A stretch of DNA of 63,093 nucleotides, the filler included, from Aduncisulcus paluster (taxonomy: Eukaryota), in assembly GCA_024181965.1 (NCBI GenBank). It is 4 parts of 4 records of this genome, joined end to end, with 100 filler letters (N's around TTAATTAATTAA, not from the genome) between each part and the next. Parts side by side here need not be neighbours in the genome. Positions count along the whole stretch, not along the records: positions 1 to 16,400 come from BQXS01012735.1; positions 16,501 to 27,948 come from BQXS01012736.1; 2 more parts are not named here. The stretch is one strand, 5' to 3'. The notes beneath the pieces are model-generated. The model was given only the letters and a program-made list of their open reading frames with translations. It had not been told where the DNA came from and ran no database searches. The translations under genes and the position numbers were made by a program. This document shows, piece by piece, positions 9,946-21,700 of the stretch (positions are counted from its first letter, which is position 1; every line of letters begins with the position of its first letter).

Positions 9946-11892
9946 ATGTCCGAAAAAGAATCACTGATTGGATGGAGATTGCGTCATTCAGCATCCCAAC
10001 CAAGAAGTAGTAGTGCCAATAGTACCCGTAGCGGGAGTCGACCTATGAGTGCCGCTTACGCTAGAATATTGACGAGTGCAGAACAATTTGATAAGTTAAT
10101 GGCCGAAATGGAATCAGCAGGAAAAGAAGAATGCGAACAAAAAAATGATGAGCTTGCTTCTTCACCCTGTGGAGAATTGGATATCGATAAGGAGGCTACC
10201 CTACCAAAATCTTCGCTATTTCCCCCATTAGATCTACAAAAGCAAGATCAAAAGCTATCAAAACAACAAAAATTAAAGAAACAAGAGCCATCTCTCAAAT
10301 CCTCAACACAGATCAAAATACGTCCAAAATCCCATTCCTCGCTGGCTGTGAGACGGAGTCGTCTTACTTCAGCCCAAGCATTATTACGCAAGAAAAGACC
10401 AGCAACTCATGTCCCTCGGTCTTCACTCTCTGCATCTTTCCCTTCTCTCCCAGGCGTTCCTTCTACCTATAGAGGAAACTCAACCATCTCTTCCTCCTCG
10501 GATCTTGGAAAGAAGAGTTCCGGCAGTACATTTATTACTCAATCAAGACCCGTCTCTCACCATCCGCCTTCCATTACCAATCCTGTTGACTATTTTAGCA
10601 ATCATAATTTCATCACTGCGCTCCGTGACACTGGTAGGGACCGTTATAGAGGTATTATTCGGGCCGGATCACTCTCTGAAGCTCGAATGGAGGCGTGTAG
10701 GGAGGTGGATAAGGTTCATTCCGGTGTTCAGCAAAGAATTACCCAACTGTCCACTCAAATCGAAGAGACTCAATCTGAGCTTAGCCGAGAGATTCAGAAG
10801 AAGAATGAGCTTGAACGCACGTTGCAAGAATCAAATGCCCACGCTGAGCTTCTTATGCGTAAGATCCAGACTCTTGAAGCCTCAAATCGTCGGCACGAGG
10901 AGGTCAGTTATGCGCATGAATGGAACAAGCAAGTAATGGAACAATTTACAAAGACCCATGGATTCATGAGTCCCAAAGAACTCTATGGTCATGTTGTTCA
11001 TCTTGAGAAACTAATTGTTGAGAAGAGTGGTGTTGGTGGCAGTTTATTGGGGGATGTAACGCTTGCAGATGGAGATTCTGAGACCACAGCGAGAAGGAAA
11101 AAAGAAGAAGCCGACAAAAAATTAAAAGAAGAAGAGGAGAAAGCAGCAGATTCTAAACCTTCCCGTTTCCGTAGCTCAAATTCACTCCAAGAAGAGATAG
11201 ATTCCCTTAGACATGCCAACTCTCTTCTCCAACAGAATGTTTCTTTCCTCACAGACATTCAGGACAAACATGAACAGTTATCTCTGTCTGTTTCAATGTT
11301 ATGGGCTAGATTAAAAGCCCAATCTCCCCTCTTCTCCCCTTCCGAAACTTCTACAGACCTCATTCCCAATCCAGATGACCCCATTGATGTCCTTGGTTGT
11401 CTTGAGGGGCTCATATCATGCCATCAGAAGACCCTCTGTGGCAATAAGCTGCGTAGGTTGAGTATGCTCAGTAACAGAATATGGAGAACACATCTCAGAG
11501 ATTCTGAATATGTCAAAGAAATGACGAAGATGGAGAAAACCCATAATAAGGGCAAGAAGGATGGAGAAGACTCTTACAAACTACCTGATAATGACCCAGA
11601 GATGGTGTTTAGTCGTGTAGCTGGATTGTTGGATACTTTACAAGCAGAGCGATTGACCCTTGAGTCTCAATTGAGTGCATCCAAGACAAGGATGAAAGTC
11701 TGGGAGAAAGAAAGGAGATCATCGATGAGGGAGAGGAAGAGTCTTGAGAAGAGGGTGACTGTCCTGGAGGCTTCTCTGCAACGAGCTCTAGCAAGTGATA
11801 CAGAAAGAGCTTCAGAACGGGTGTCAAAGTCAAGATATAGCTCAAAAAGGGAACTGCAGGAAACTGTGAGCAAAAAGAACCCTCAAAAGTAA
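9946..11892 (+). CDS. Coiled-coil protein of unknown function
   Basis: Long ORF with heptad-rich segments and a Ser-rich N-terminus, transcribed divergently from TRM7. The start could also be 9916. Confidence 0.75.
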   Translation: MSEKESLIGWRLRHSASQPRSSSANSTRSGSRPMSAAYARILTSAEQFDKLMAEMESAGKEECEQKNDELASSPCGELDIDKEATLPKSSLFPPLDLQKQDQKLSKQQKLKKQEPSLKSSTQIKIRPKSHSSLAVRRSRLTSAQALLRKKRPATHVPRSSLSASFPSLPGVPSTYRGNSTISSSSDLGKKSSGSTFITQSRPVSHHPPSITNPVDYFSNHNFITALRDTGRDRYRGIIRAGSLSEARMEACREVDKVHSGVQQRITQLSTQIEETQSELSREIQKKNELERTLQESNAHAELLMRKIQTLEASNRRHEEVSYAHEWNKQVMEQFTKTHGFMSPKELYGHVVHLEKLIVEKSGVGGSLLGDVTLADGDSETTARRKKEEADKKLKEEEEKAADSKPSRFRSSNSLQEEIDSLRHANSLLQQNVSFLTDIQDKHEQLSLSVSMLWARLKAQSPLFSPSETSTDLIPNPDDPIDVLGCLEGLISCHQKTLCGNKLRRLSMLSNRIWRTHLRDSEYVKEMTKMEKTHNKGKKDGEDSYKLPDNDPEMVFSRVAGLLDTLQAERLTLESQLSASKTRMKVWEKERRSSMRERKSLEKRVTVLEASLQRALASDTERASERVSKSRYSSKRELQETVSKKNPQK

Positions 11893-12660
11893 CATTATCA
11901 TAAAATATAATAGTATTATTCCCTTAATATCGATAAAACGGATATAAGATTGGTGGAATAAGATTGGTGGAATAAGAATGGTGAAATTTGATTTAGAGAT
12001 TTTTTTTTCATATTTGTATATATTTTGTTTATACATAGAATTCGGTTAGTTTAGTTGTAAAATAATCATAAAAATCCAACAATTGATGGCTTCAATAGTC
12101 CCTATATGATAACTATAAACAAAATCTCTTGTATTACCCTCGATTATATTGCTATTTATAAATGATCCACCAAATCAATTGGTTGAGGTTTCCATAATTT
12201 GAATTTCTAAAATAGTATCTACGACCAAATCACACTTATATTGTATAAAACGTGAAAAATACGGGATAAATTTGTAATAGTATTCAATACTATGGGAAAT
12301 TCCCATCAAAAATGTTTCTTTATCTCGGGAGCCACAATTCAAATTTGACAGGGTTAACCACCTACAAATAAGTTATGTAGCCATTTTTCTCTGTTTTATG
12401 TGATAGATTCAACATGGAACGAGTCTCAAACTTTTGAAAAATCATATTTGGTCTTTGGATTCTTTGTTTCACCACATAATAATATAATAAACTTAATCTT
12501 TTGCCGTTATCAGTATTTTATTAAGATTTAAGTCCAAAAAGCCTTCTAAAACCTGAATACGATTTTACTAGCGAAATCCACTATTTTATGATGAAAATAT
12601 CGGCTAATTTCGTCTTTAAATGAATATATATATTTAAGACTGTCATAGAAAATCAATAGT

Positions 12661-15600
12661 ATGGGGAAAATAAATCGGGAAATTGATCGGGATTTTTTGA
12701 TCGAGCATAAGATGTATGGACGTTCGTCAACTTTATTTTCATCATTAGAACAGTCCATTGACTCAATAGAACAATATGTAGAATCTGTATCTTCAATAGT
12801 TTCCTCTCCAGCTCTTCGAGCTAAAAAGTCTTTCCGGTCCACACCTCCACTTCCAAAACTCACAAAACGTATTCAAGATCATAGAAATAGGCCTCAAGCC
12901 CAACCATTAAAAGAATCCATAGATTTAGATAATTCAAAACCTCGAAAGATTGAAGAAATTGAAGATTCTGATGAAATAACAGAAGGACCACCCAGTCATA
13001 ATGAAGAATATTCACATACAATACCCTCTGCAATTGTGTCTATAAAAAGACATGGTCATCTTGTCTTCCCCGATGCTGCTCCTTCATTATCTCCTACATT
13101 TCGGGAAAAGTCAAAAATTCTTCGTTCAAATAGAAAAAGAGACGAATGGAAAGAACATATTAATCAAGGAGAGTCAGAAATGGCAAGAGAACGTCAGGTT
13201 TTTGAGATGTTCGGAGGTCCTCGAAAATCGGAAGTTGATCCTGAATTAGATGCCCAACGTGCTGAATTTGATGACCCACAACTTCGTGCTCCACCTTCAT
13301 GTTCCTCTCCCATTATTAGAGAGCTTCCACCGAAATTTGATATCACTCGAAACGTTGTAACTCCTTCTGCCCGCCGACCTTCTCATTATGCTGAAGAAAG
13401 GAAACAAGTCGTTCGTTCTACCCCTTCACGGCAACGTTTATCCCGTAGTTCCTCGGTTCTTCGTGAAAGAGTTCCATATTCTCCCATTCCCAGTGAAGAT
13501 GTTAGAACTCCTCGCAGACGATCATTGACACCTTCTCACTCACTTCCATATTGTGCTTCACCAAAACCTTCACGTAGACACCCTGAGAGGGAGCATAGAA
13601 GCGTTAAATTCAATCCTGGTTACCATTCTGATTTTAAAGAGTTTGGCACCCCTTCACGACAGAATCTCTTACCACAGCACTTGCTTCAGTCATCATCTCC
13701 CCTCTTTCGCCATAAGAAGAAGGATCTCCTCGTTCAAGACGATGTCATCACAAGCCCTCAATCCCGCCGTCCAAGATCAACCCATAGCCAACCATACTGT
13801 CCTTCCCCAACTTCTCGTTCAAGGCCATCCGAACGTGAGAACGTTGGCCGTCGTGTCTCTCAGCCTCCTCTTCATATCGCTGACGAATACCAAACCCTTT
13901 CTCGAGATGGTAGTCTTCCACAAGAGAAACTCTCTCGTAGTTCTTCTGTTCTTCGTGAGAATCATCATCGCTCAGATGTGAGGAAAGACGAGGTTCGCAC
14001 CCCCCAAATGCGTCGTATTGAGAGCACCCACTCGCAACCATATTGTGCCTCTCCGACATCATCTAAACGTTATACTCCCCGGGTGAATCACAGTATTCGG
14101 ATTATACAAGAAGATGCTGAAGATTTTGAAGAGGTCAGAACTCCATCCAGACAGAATATTGATCGCAAACAGATTATCCACTCGCCATCACCCGTAATTA
14201 AGAATCGACACTATAAAAAATCTATTCAAGAAGGGATCATAACTTCACCACAACCCAAGACACTCGAAAGAACTCACTCCCAACCGTACTGTGCATCCCC
14301 AAAGCCTAGTGTGCATCCAGACGAAAGGATAGATCGTGGGGTTAAGGAAGAAGTGTACAAGGATAAAGATTTTAGGGAGGTTCGTACACCTTCACGACAG
14401 AATCTCTTACCACAGCACTTGCTTCAGTCATCATCTCCCCTCTTTCGCCATAAGAAGAAGGATCTCCTCGTTCAAGACGATGTCATCACAAGCCCTCAAT
14501 CCCGCCGTCCAAGATCAACCCATAGTCAACCATACTGTCCTTCCCCAACTTCTCGTTCAAGGCCATCCGAACGTGAGAACGTTGGCCGTCGTGTCTCTCA
14601 GCCTCCTCTTCATATCGCTGACGAATACCAAACCCTTTCTCGAGATGGCAGTCTTCCACAAGAGAAACTCTCTCGTAGTTCTTCTGTTCTTCGTGAGAAT
14701 CATCATCGCTCAGATGTGAGGAAAGACGAGGTTCGCACCCCCCAAATGCGTCGTATTGAGAGCACCCACTCGCAACCATATTGTGCCTCTCCTTCGGGCT
14801 CGAAAGCCTCTTTGAAAGGAATTCAAGGGGACTCTAGTGCATTGGAGAAACCATATGATATCGTCTGTCCCTCCAGTAGCTCTGTAAACCCTTCTATATC
14901 TTCCTACCAGGCCAATTCACCCGTTATGCGTGATTCTCCTCATAAATCCAGTTTTGGAAAAGAAGTTAACCCACCCACGCCTGACCCATACTCAAAAGCT
15001 ACTCTTGAAGTCCCAGGACAACATTTCCCTTCATCTCCTCAGCCTCGTCCGCACTCATCCGAAGCCAACGAACACTCTATCGCCCTCTCTGGACAAGATT
15101 TACACAAGAATGAGCCTATACTCTCCAGGAGTTCCTCTGTTCTCCGTGAACGTGTTCCCAAATCTCCCATCCCCGATGAAGAAGTGAGAACTCCACAACA
15201 TCGTAAAATATCATCCTCCCATTCACAGCCTTATTGTCCATCCCCCAAGCCATCCCATAAAATAGATTCCCATTCAAAACCTTACTGCCCATCTCCCAAA
15301 CCCTCTGCCCGTGTTCAAGAGTCTGAGCACAATGCACAAGCTGATTATTCGAAACCTAAGGCTGACACGGGTCTTCGCCTTGTCCATGCCCCTTCCAAAG
15401 ACCGCCTTCGCCCCCATCCTTCCCCTTCCTCACCCACCCTCATGCACGAGAAGAAGACTTCAAGTAGTTCAGGTCAGCTACTCCTTCGAACACCGTCTCG
15501 ACAAGTCCTTGAGAACAAGATGAAGTCCTCCTCCTCGTCCGTTGTGATCCCTTCGACTTCTTCCCATGATTACAGAGACGATGACGGTGAGGATGGTGAT

Positions 15601-16400
15601 CACGTACCTGCCACTCCGACTGTAAGACATCATCGTGCATCTGAGAAGAGTCGCATATCAAGTGCTTTGAAAGACCAGCAATTGAAGAGCAATAGTAGTC
15701 AAGAAGAAGAGATTGAGGTCATTATGATGAACGATAGCCCCAGTGAACAGTCTTCCCATCGTCAGAACGATTTTATAATTACTAAAGGTGTGTCCAGCTC
15801 CCTTCCAGTTTCTTTGTCAACCTCCTCTTCTTCTTCTAGCCGAGGTGGTAAAGACAATAAGGAAGACGTGGGTATGGAAATGTTTATACGTCAATCAAAA
15901 CCAACAGGACAAGCAGCTCTGTTGCACAAAGCACCCACTCTTACAACTGTATCCTCGACGCCAATGGTACAAGCTGGTGCCCCATCGATTGAGTTCCACA
16001 TGCTCACTTCAAATTCCCCAACTCCCCCAGCTGTATTATTCCACAAATCTTCACCCACTCCTCTCCACAATGCAAACAAACCGCCACCAATGTTGTCTGA
16101 GGGAGTCATGACATCTAGCGCCTCTGCGACAAGTCTAAAAGATGGGAAACCAGGGTCTGGACAGACATCTGATAAGGATGCACTCATCATGTGCGATTTC
16201 ATCCATCAAGAACCTATGTCCCGTAAGAATCATACTCTAACTCCAACCCCACCACCGACGCACTCACGGAACATCAACCAAGGTCTCCCTGCCATCCCCG
16301 AGCGTACCTCGGTCATCCCTAAGTCTTTAGATACAAGTGGGGCGACCAGTGCAACTCCATCCTTTGAGAGACCTGTTGATAGAGTTATTTCAAAGGCTAC
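12661..16400 (+). CDS. Large Ser/Pro/Arg-rich repeat protein (3' truncated at contig end)
   Basis: Open for >1200 codons with recurring HSQPYC(A/P)SP, (LS)RSSSVLRE and RTPSRQ motifs. Confidence 0.8.
13651..14792 (+). repeat. Intragenic direct repeat of ~404 bp (13651-14054 and 14389-14792; period 738 bp)
   Basis: The copies are near identical, with two synonymous differences seen, and there is no N gap between them. Confidence 0.9.
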
Positions 16401-16500
16401 NNNNNNNNNNNNNNNNNNNNNNNNNNNNNNNNNNNNNNNNNNNNTTAATTAATTAANNNNNNNNNNNNNNNNNNNNNNNNNNNNNNNNNNNNNNNNNNNN
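16401..16500. other. Artificial contig linker (N + TTAATTAATTAA + N)
   Basis: 100-nt spacer containing stop codons in all six frames. Confidence 0.97.
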
Positions 16501-16727
16501 TGATGGATGTGTTGGAACGATTGAAAGTGAGCATCCTAAAGAAGGTGATCATCCTAAACAAGATGGCCAGCATCCAAAAGAGGGGCTTGCTGGCATGGAG
16601 ATAGAGCAGGGATGGGATAAGAGCCAGTGATAATAGAATGAGGAAAATGAGTGAGGCGATGATCTTGTGACCTCTGAGAGTCAGACCCTTTCATCTCCAA
16701 ATAAGGGAAATAATATATCAAAGTAAT

Positions 16728-17620
16728 GTGTTATCTTCATCATTTACACACATTAACATTCCTTTCTATGAACCTTCTCCAGTGAAAGGTGGTTATATCC
16801 GTCTATTCGATTGTTTTGGGTTTCCTTTAACATCTTCCCATCTTATCTTCACTTTCTCAACTACTTCGAAGGAAACAGTATTCAAGAAGTTTGAATTTCC
16901 TGAATTTGAATATTTGTATTGGTGTTTTCTCCCTGTTGATCTCTTTGATGTTACTGCATGTGAGATTACGGGGCAAGGGCGATGTTCTTCAAAGAAAATA
17001 GGGAAAGAAAAACTCGATTTTCATATTCAAATCACATCCCTTGTTTTCATTAGTCGAGAAGAAACCCCTGAGGAAATTATATTTCGTGAAGCCAGAGAGA
17101 AACTATGGTCAAAATCTGCAGTTGTGAAACCAGAGTTTATGAAGGAAGGAGATGAAGAATCGTAATGGTGGTCATTCTATTCCCATTCCACGTGATGATC
17201 CAAAGGTCGTCAATCCTTTGTTCCCAACTTGGGAATGATTAAGTGTAAAGATGATTCGGTGGTGAGGGATTCAAAATTGTATTATCAGAGTTTATCTGCT
17301 CAAAAAATGTTGAAAGGAGAAGATTCCGTTGAATTCTCCCATCTTTCTATCCCTTTTCGATTAACTAGTTTTATGAAAGGTGCTTATATCTGTGTGGATA
17401 TGTTTAATAGTTCACACTCTCTTCTCTTCACTTTCACTGATTGTGATGGCACTTCCTTCCTATTGATTTGATGAATGTTGTATTGTGCGAGATTGAAGGG
17501 AAAGGAACTTGGAATGAGAAGCTATGTCGACATTCCTGCATAAACTCCCTTGTATTTCTTAAGCTTGATGAGATTGGTGCAGCAGAGCAATTATCTCTAC
17601 TTCCATGGGAACAAGACATA
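16728..17620 (+). pseudogene. Pseudogene of the ~180-aa-domain family (paralogue of 26163-27275)
   Basis: Same motifs (HINIPF..SPVKGGYI, FLPVDL, REETPEE, LSLLPW), broken by a stop/frameshift near 17163 and a 55-nt deletion at 17446-17449. Confidence 0.85.
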
Positions 17621-17934
17621 GATGATTGTCAGTAACTGGTGATCAGAACAAAAGGAGAAGAAGTACAATAATTTGTCGATATAGTTTCATTCAATGATCT
17701 ATAGTATGGGAATCCATAGAGATTATGACTTTCTCTTTGGAATCCATTTGAAGCTGACAAATACCAATGATTCCATATTCTTTATTGTACAAACCTTCCC
17801 AATTTATGTTGCTACCTTGCTGAATAATTTGAAATTTGGGCAATGATTTGATGAAGTGAGGAAGATAGGTTTCAAAATCAAAGAGTTCAACCAAAATATT
17901 ATCTCAAACAATAAATAGAAAACACTTGTACTCT

Positions 17935-18711
17935 TTATCTCATATCAATGTTGGTCTTGATTTTCTCCAGAATTCCAATCATCTCCTCAAAGGTCAAAGG
18001 GTTTTCGGCCCGACCGATCAAACTCCGATAAATCTTTTTCAATTTTCTACCAAGATCCTTTTCAAGTTCCTTCATCTTGGGTAACTCTTCGATTCTATAT
18101 AATCTATGATACAACTTTCCTCCAAAGAAATCTTCTGTTTTGAACTTTTGAAACTCGCAGTCAGCTACAAAATATTTTTGATCAATGCTATGAGCTTTTC
18201 CTGCGAACATTGAAAACATTAACATTCCCACACAAAATCTGTCGATGTCTTGTGACAATCGAGATGTTGGAATGCGTTTGAGATCCTCCACAGTCAGGAT
18301 ACATTTGCTTCCAGTCTGGTCATATCTAAACCTGTGATTCTTTTCAAGTATCAGATAGTTATACAAAAGAGCAACAAAGTCTCTTACAATATCCAAGCTA
18401 GTTTTTGCTTGAACATCTTCCAAACAATATGATATACACGAGTCACCTTCCGATTCTTTCTCTCCTTTTTTGCCAAAAACATAAGAAGCATCGTCATCAG
18501 AAGAGTCATCTTCTTGTCGTTCACTTGTTTGAAGGGATGAAGTATTAGCTCGCTGAACAGGCTTCCGTGAATCATCACTATCCTCAGATATATAAGAGCT
18601 TTCATCATCTTCTTCCTGACATGTTAGTGTATATTCAACCTTCTTCTTCTTCTTTAATGCCCTGAAACTGTGTGATATTTCTCCCTGAAGGGTCTGAGCG
18701 ATCGTACCCAT
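17935..18711 (-). CDS. Acidic linker plus degenerate kinase C-lobe-like region, possibly the cytoplasmic tail of the upstream LRR protein
   Basis: DIDRFCVGMLMFSMFAGK resembles kinase subdomain IX. The ORF overlaps the end of the LRR ORF by 77 nt in another frame. Confidence 0.45.
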   Translation of the reverse strand: MGTIAQTLQGEISHSFRALKKKKKVEYTLTCQEEDDESSYISEDSDDSRKPVQRANTSSLQTSERQEDDSSDDDASYVFGKKGEKESEGDSCISYCLEDVQAKTSLDIVRDFVALLYNYLILEKNHRFRYDQTGSKCILTVEDLKRIPTSRLSQDIDRFCVGMLMFSMFAGKAHSIDQKYFVADCEFQKFKTEDFFGGKLYHRLYRIEELPKMKELEKDLGRKLKKIYRSLIGRAENPLTFEEMIGILEKIKTNIDMR

Positions 18712-21700
18712 CTTTTGATATTTCTGGGTTTAAATCTTCTGGTTTATCATTTCTGGGAGTATTTCCCCTTGAAAGTGAAGAAGTTGACCTGTGACAGAGA
18801 TATCTGAAACATATGAGCACAATCATGATTAAGAAAACCATGATGCACACAAAAATTGCCAGAATGATCCTGAATCTGAATTGCGGATCGAACGAGAAGA
18901 AGATTTCATGGAACAATTGAAGCCATGTATTGGGATAGTTTGGAGATTGTTCTGACGAATCTTCTGACATGTTTGATTGTTGCATTGTGATAATTGGTGG
19001 CTCGACTGAGATGTTTGTTGGTGGCTCGACTGAGATGGTGGTGAGATCTTCCGAGCTCACGATTGGATCGTCCAGGATTGTTACTATTGGAACTTCTGAG
19101 ATTATTACTGGATCCTTTGAGTAACCATAATCAATAACGCAGAACCCTCGGCCATCCAATCGAAGCTTGTTGTTATCACTATCAAAGTCAGGACATTCAC
19201 ATTCACGGGTGTCTGTGTTACATATCCCTTCAATTCCACACAGAACACTATTGTTATCGATGGGGCATTCCGATAAGCAGTCATACCCATACCATCCTTC
19301 TCTACACTCACAGAAGGAAGGTCTTCCTGCCCTAAGAACAGCAACTGTGTTGGGAGCATCTTGACAAGCTTTGACTCGATTTTTCGTGAATGACAATAAA
19401 GGGGTTTCACACTTTCCATTGAGAGTATTCATATAGTACCCATTCCAACATTCACGAACCCAATGGTCATGATAGGCATGAACACACATTTCATTGTCTT
19501 TAAAGCTTATGGCTTCCTCACACAGACATGTCTGATGTTGGTTGTCAGACAGGGAAAGAGGCACAAAGCTAGAGACACGTGCATAGTGTGAATTGATCGA
19601 GTCAATCACTCCTTCAATATCACAAAGATAGTTATCAGCAATATGTACAGATGTCAGATGTTCAAAGGGTTTATGAGTGATGAAAGACGAAACATCGGTG
19701 ATTTCATTCGAACTAACATCAAGAGTCTCTAAATACTGGAATGTTTCAAGCATTGGAAGTGTGGAGAGAGGAATGAAATAGTCTTCAAGCTTTAAGGTTT
19801 TCAGATTTCCGAATCCATACTCATAAATATCATCGATCGGAATGGGGGACTTTGAGATGTGAAGAGAAGTAATCTGGGAGGCGATGGGAGAGAAACTTTT
19901 TAATGTTTTAATGTATTCATTATCAACAAACCCAATTCTTCTCAAGTTGGGAAGATATTTCCAAAATGGAATCATTAACTTTAACGTACTATCACCAGTA
20001 TCAATAAAGTTTATCCCTGTAACTTCAGCAAGTCCTTCATCAGTGAAATCATCTTTCTTACTGATTGTCATTGGAAGGTGAATCAGTTCACATTTCTCCC
20101 CCTTGAATCCATCAGCACACGCACATGACCCATCCTTACAGCTTCCTCGACCACTACAGACCTGTCCCTTTGCATCCACTGGACAATTCTCTGTGCAAGC
20201 AGCACCATGCCAATTGGGATTACATTGACACTTGATCGTACTTGGGTCTGTTGAACCCTTGGCGAATCCACAAGAACCATGACTTCCATCTTTCCCACAG
20301 CCAGAACATCTTCCCTGATCATACACACATTGTTCACCAGAGAGGAAATAGTTTGCTTTACATTGGCATTTGAACCCACGAATATCTGCATGATACCNNN
20401 NNNNNNNNNNNNNNNNNGACCACTACAGACCTGTCCCTTTGCATCCACTGGACAATTCTCTGTGCAAGCAGCACCATGCCAATTGGGATTACATTGACAC
20501 TTGATCGTACTTGGGTCTGTTGAACCCTTGGCGAATCCACAAGAACCATGACTTCCATCTTTCCCACAGCCAGAACATCTTCCCTGATCATACACACATT
20601 GTTCACCAGAGAGGAAATAGTTTGCTTTACATTGGCATTTGAACCCACGAATATCTGCATGATACCCGCATTCCTGGTTACTCGGACATTGTGAGTCCAT
20701 ACATTGTTGCTGTGAACATTCTTCTTTGCTCCCCTTCTCATGTTTCCACCCTTGTCTGCATTGACACTGGATATCTGAGCCTCCACGAGGATAGATTGAG
20801 TATTTCCTTTCTTTTTTCTCACAGATGGATATTTGAACACTCTCATAATCGTTTGAAGCTTTGACACATTCACCGTACTGCTCGTCATAGAAGTATCCAG
20901 GCCAGCACTCAACAGCCCAATGATCGGGATACACTTCTCGACACACCTCATGCTGAGTAACTAAAGGAGAAGACGGACACATGCATTTTTGGTGAGATAG
21001 GTTAAGCTCCAACTGATCTCCAAATCGTTGTCTCATGAGACTTCGAACACCATTAACATCACAGATGCGATTGGAAGATAGATCGAGATATGAGAGTACT
21101 CCAGGAGGAAATAGATCACTCAGAAGCATGGTAGAAATGTCTGAGATCTTGTTGTGGTTTAAACTCAACCTTTCCAGAATGAATGGAGATGTAATACGAT
21201 CTGAAGACATGATCGGACTCATATCAAGAACATCTTCAATCTGAGTAATGTTACAAGAGTTCAGGGATAAGTCTGTCAAACCAGTTGGATTCATGGAGAG
21301 GTTCATGGACTTTGCCAAGAGTTGAACCACTAATTTGTTATACACAACGGATTGATCCAAATCTGAATGTCCGAGATAATACCCATCGAGATTCAATTTC
21401 TTGAGTCCAACAATATACTCCAGTCCTTGCAAAGGAGGGAAAGCCTTGTTAGAGTCCTTTGTGATATCGGAGAGAAGCAACGAATTGCACTTAAACCCAC
21501 TCCGAAGTTCACTCACACTGATGACACCATTCTTCTCTGGTTCCACACACTGGTGACTGATAAGGTAGTGTCGAATATCGGGATCGTGGATCGTATAGCA
21601 CTTTCCTCTGCGTTTATGAGAGATGACAGAGCATTCCTTGCTGTACGATTGAGGGTTATAGACTTCATTCTGCCGGATCGACGGACAAGATCTGCCAATA

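Noticed and set aside
16445..16456. TTAATTAATTAA palindrome, repeated three times in the window
   Set aside because: It is an artificial all-frame stop linker inside N runs, so genes on either side are not neighbours.
16501..16630. Short open frame DGCVGTIESEHPKEG..SQ* at the contig start
   Set aside because: Possibly the 3' end of a gene, but too short to identify.
20149..20666. Apparent tandem EGF duplication in the LRR gene
   Set aside because: Identical copies flank a 20-N gap, indicating an unmerged contig overlap.
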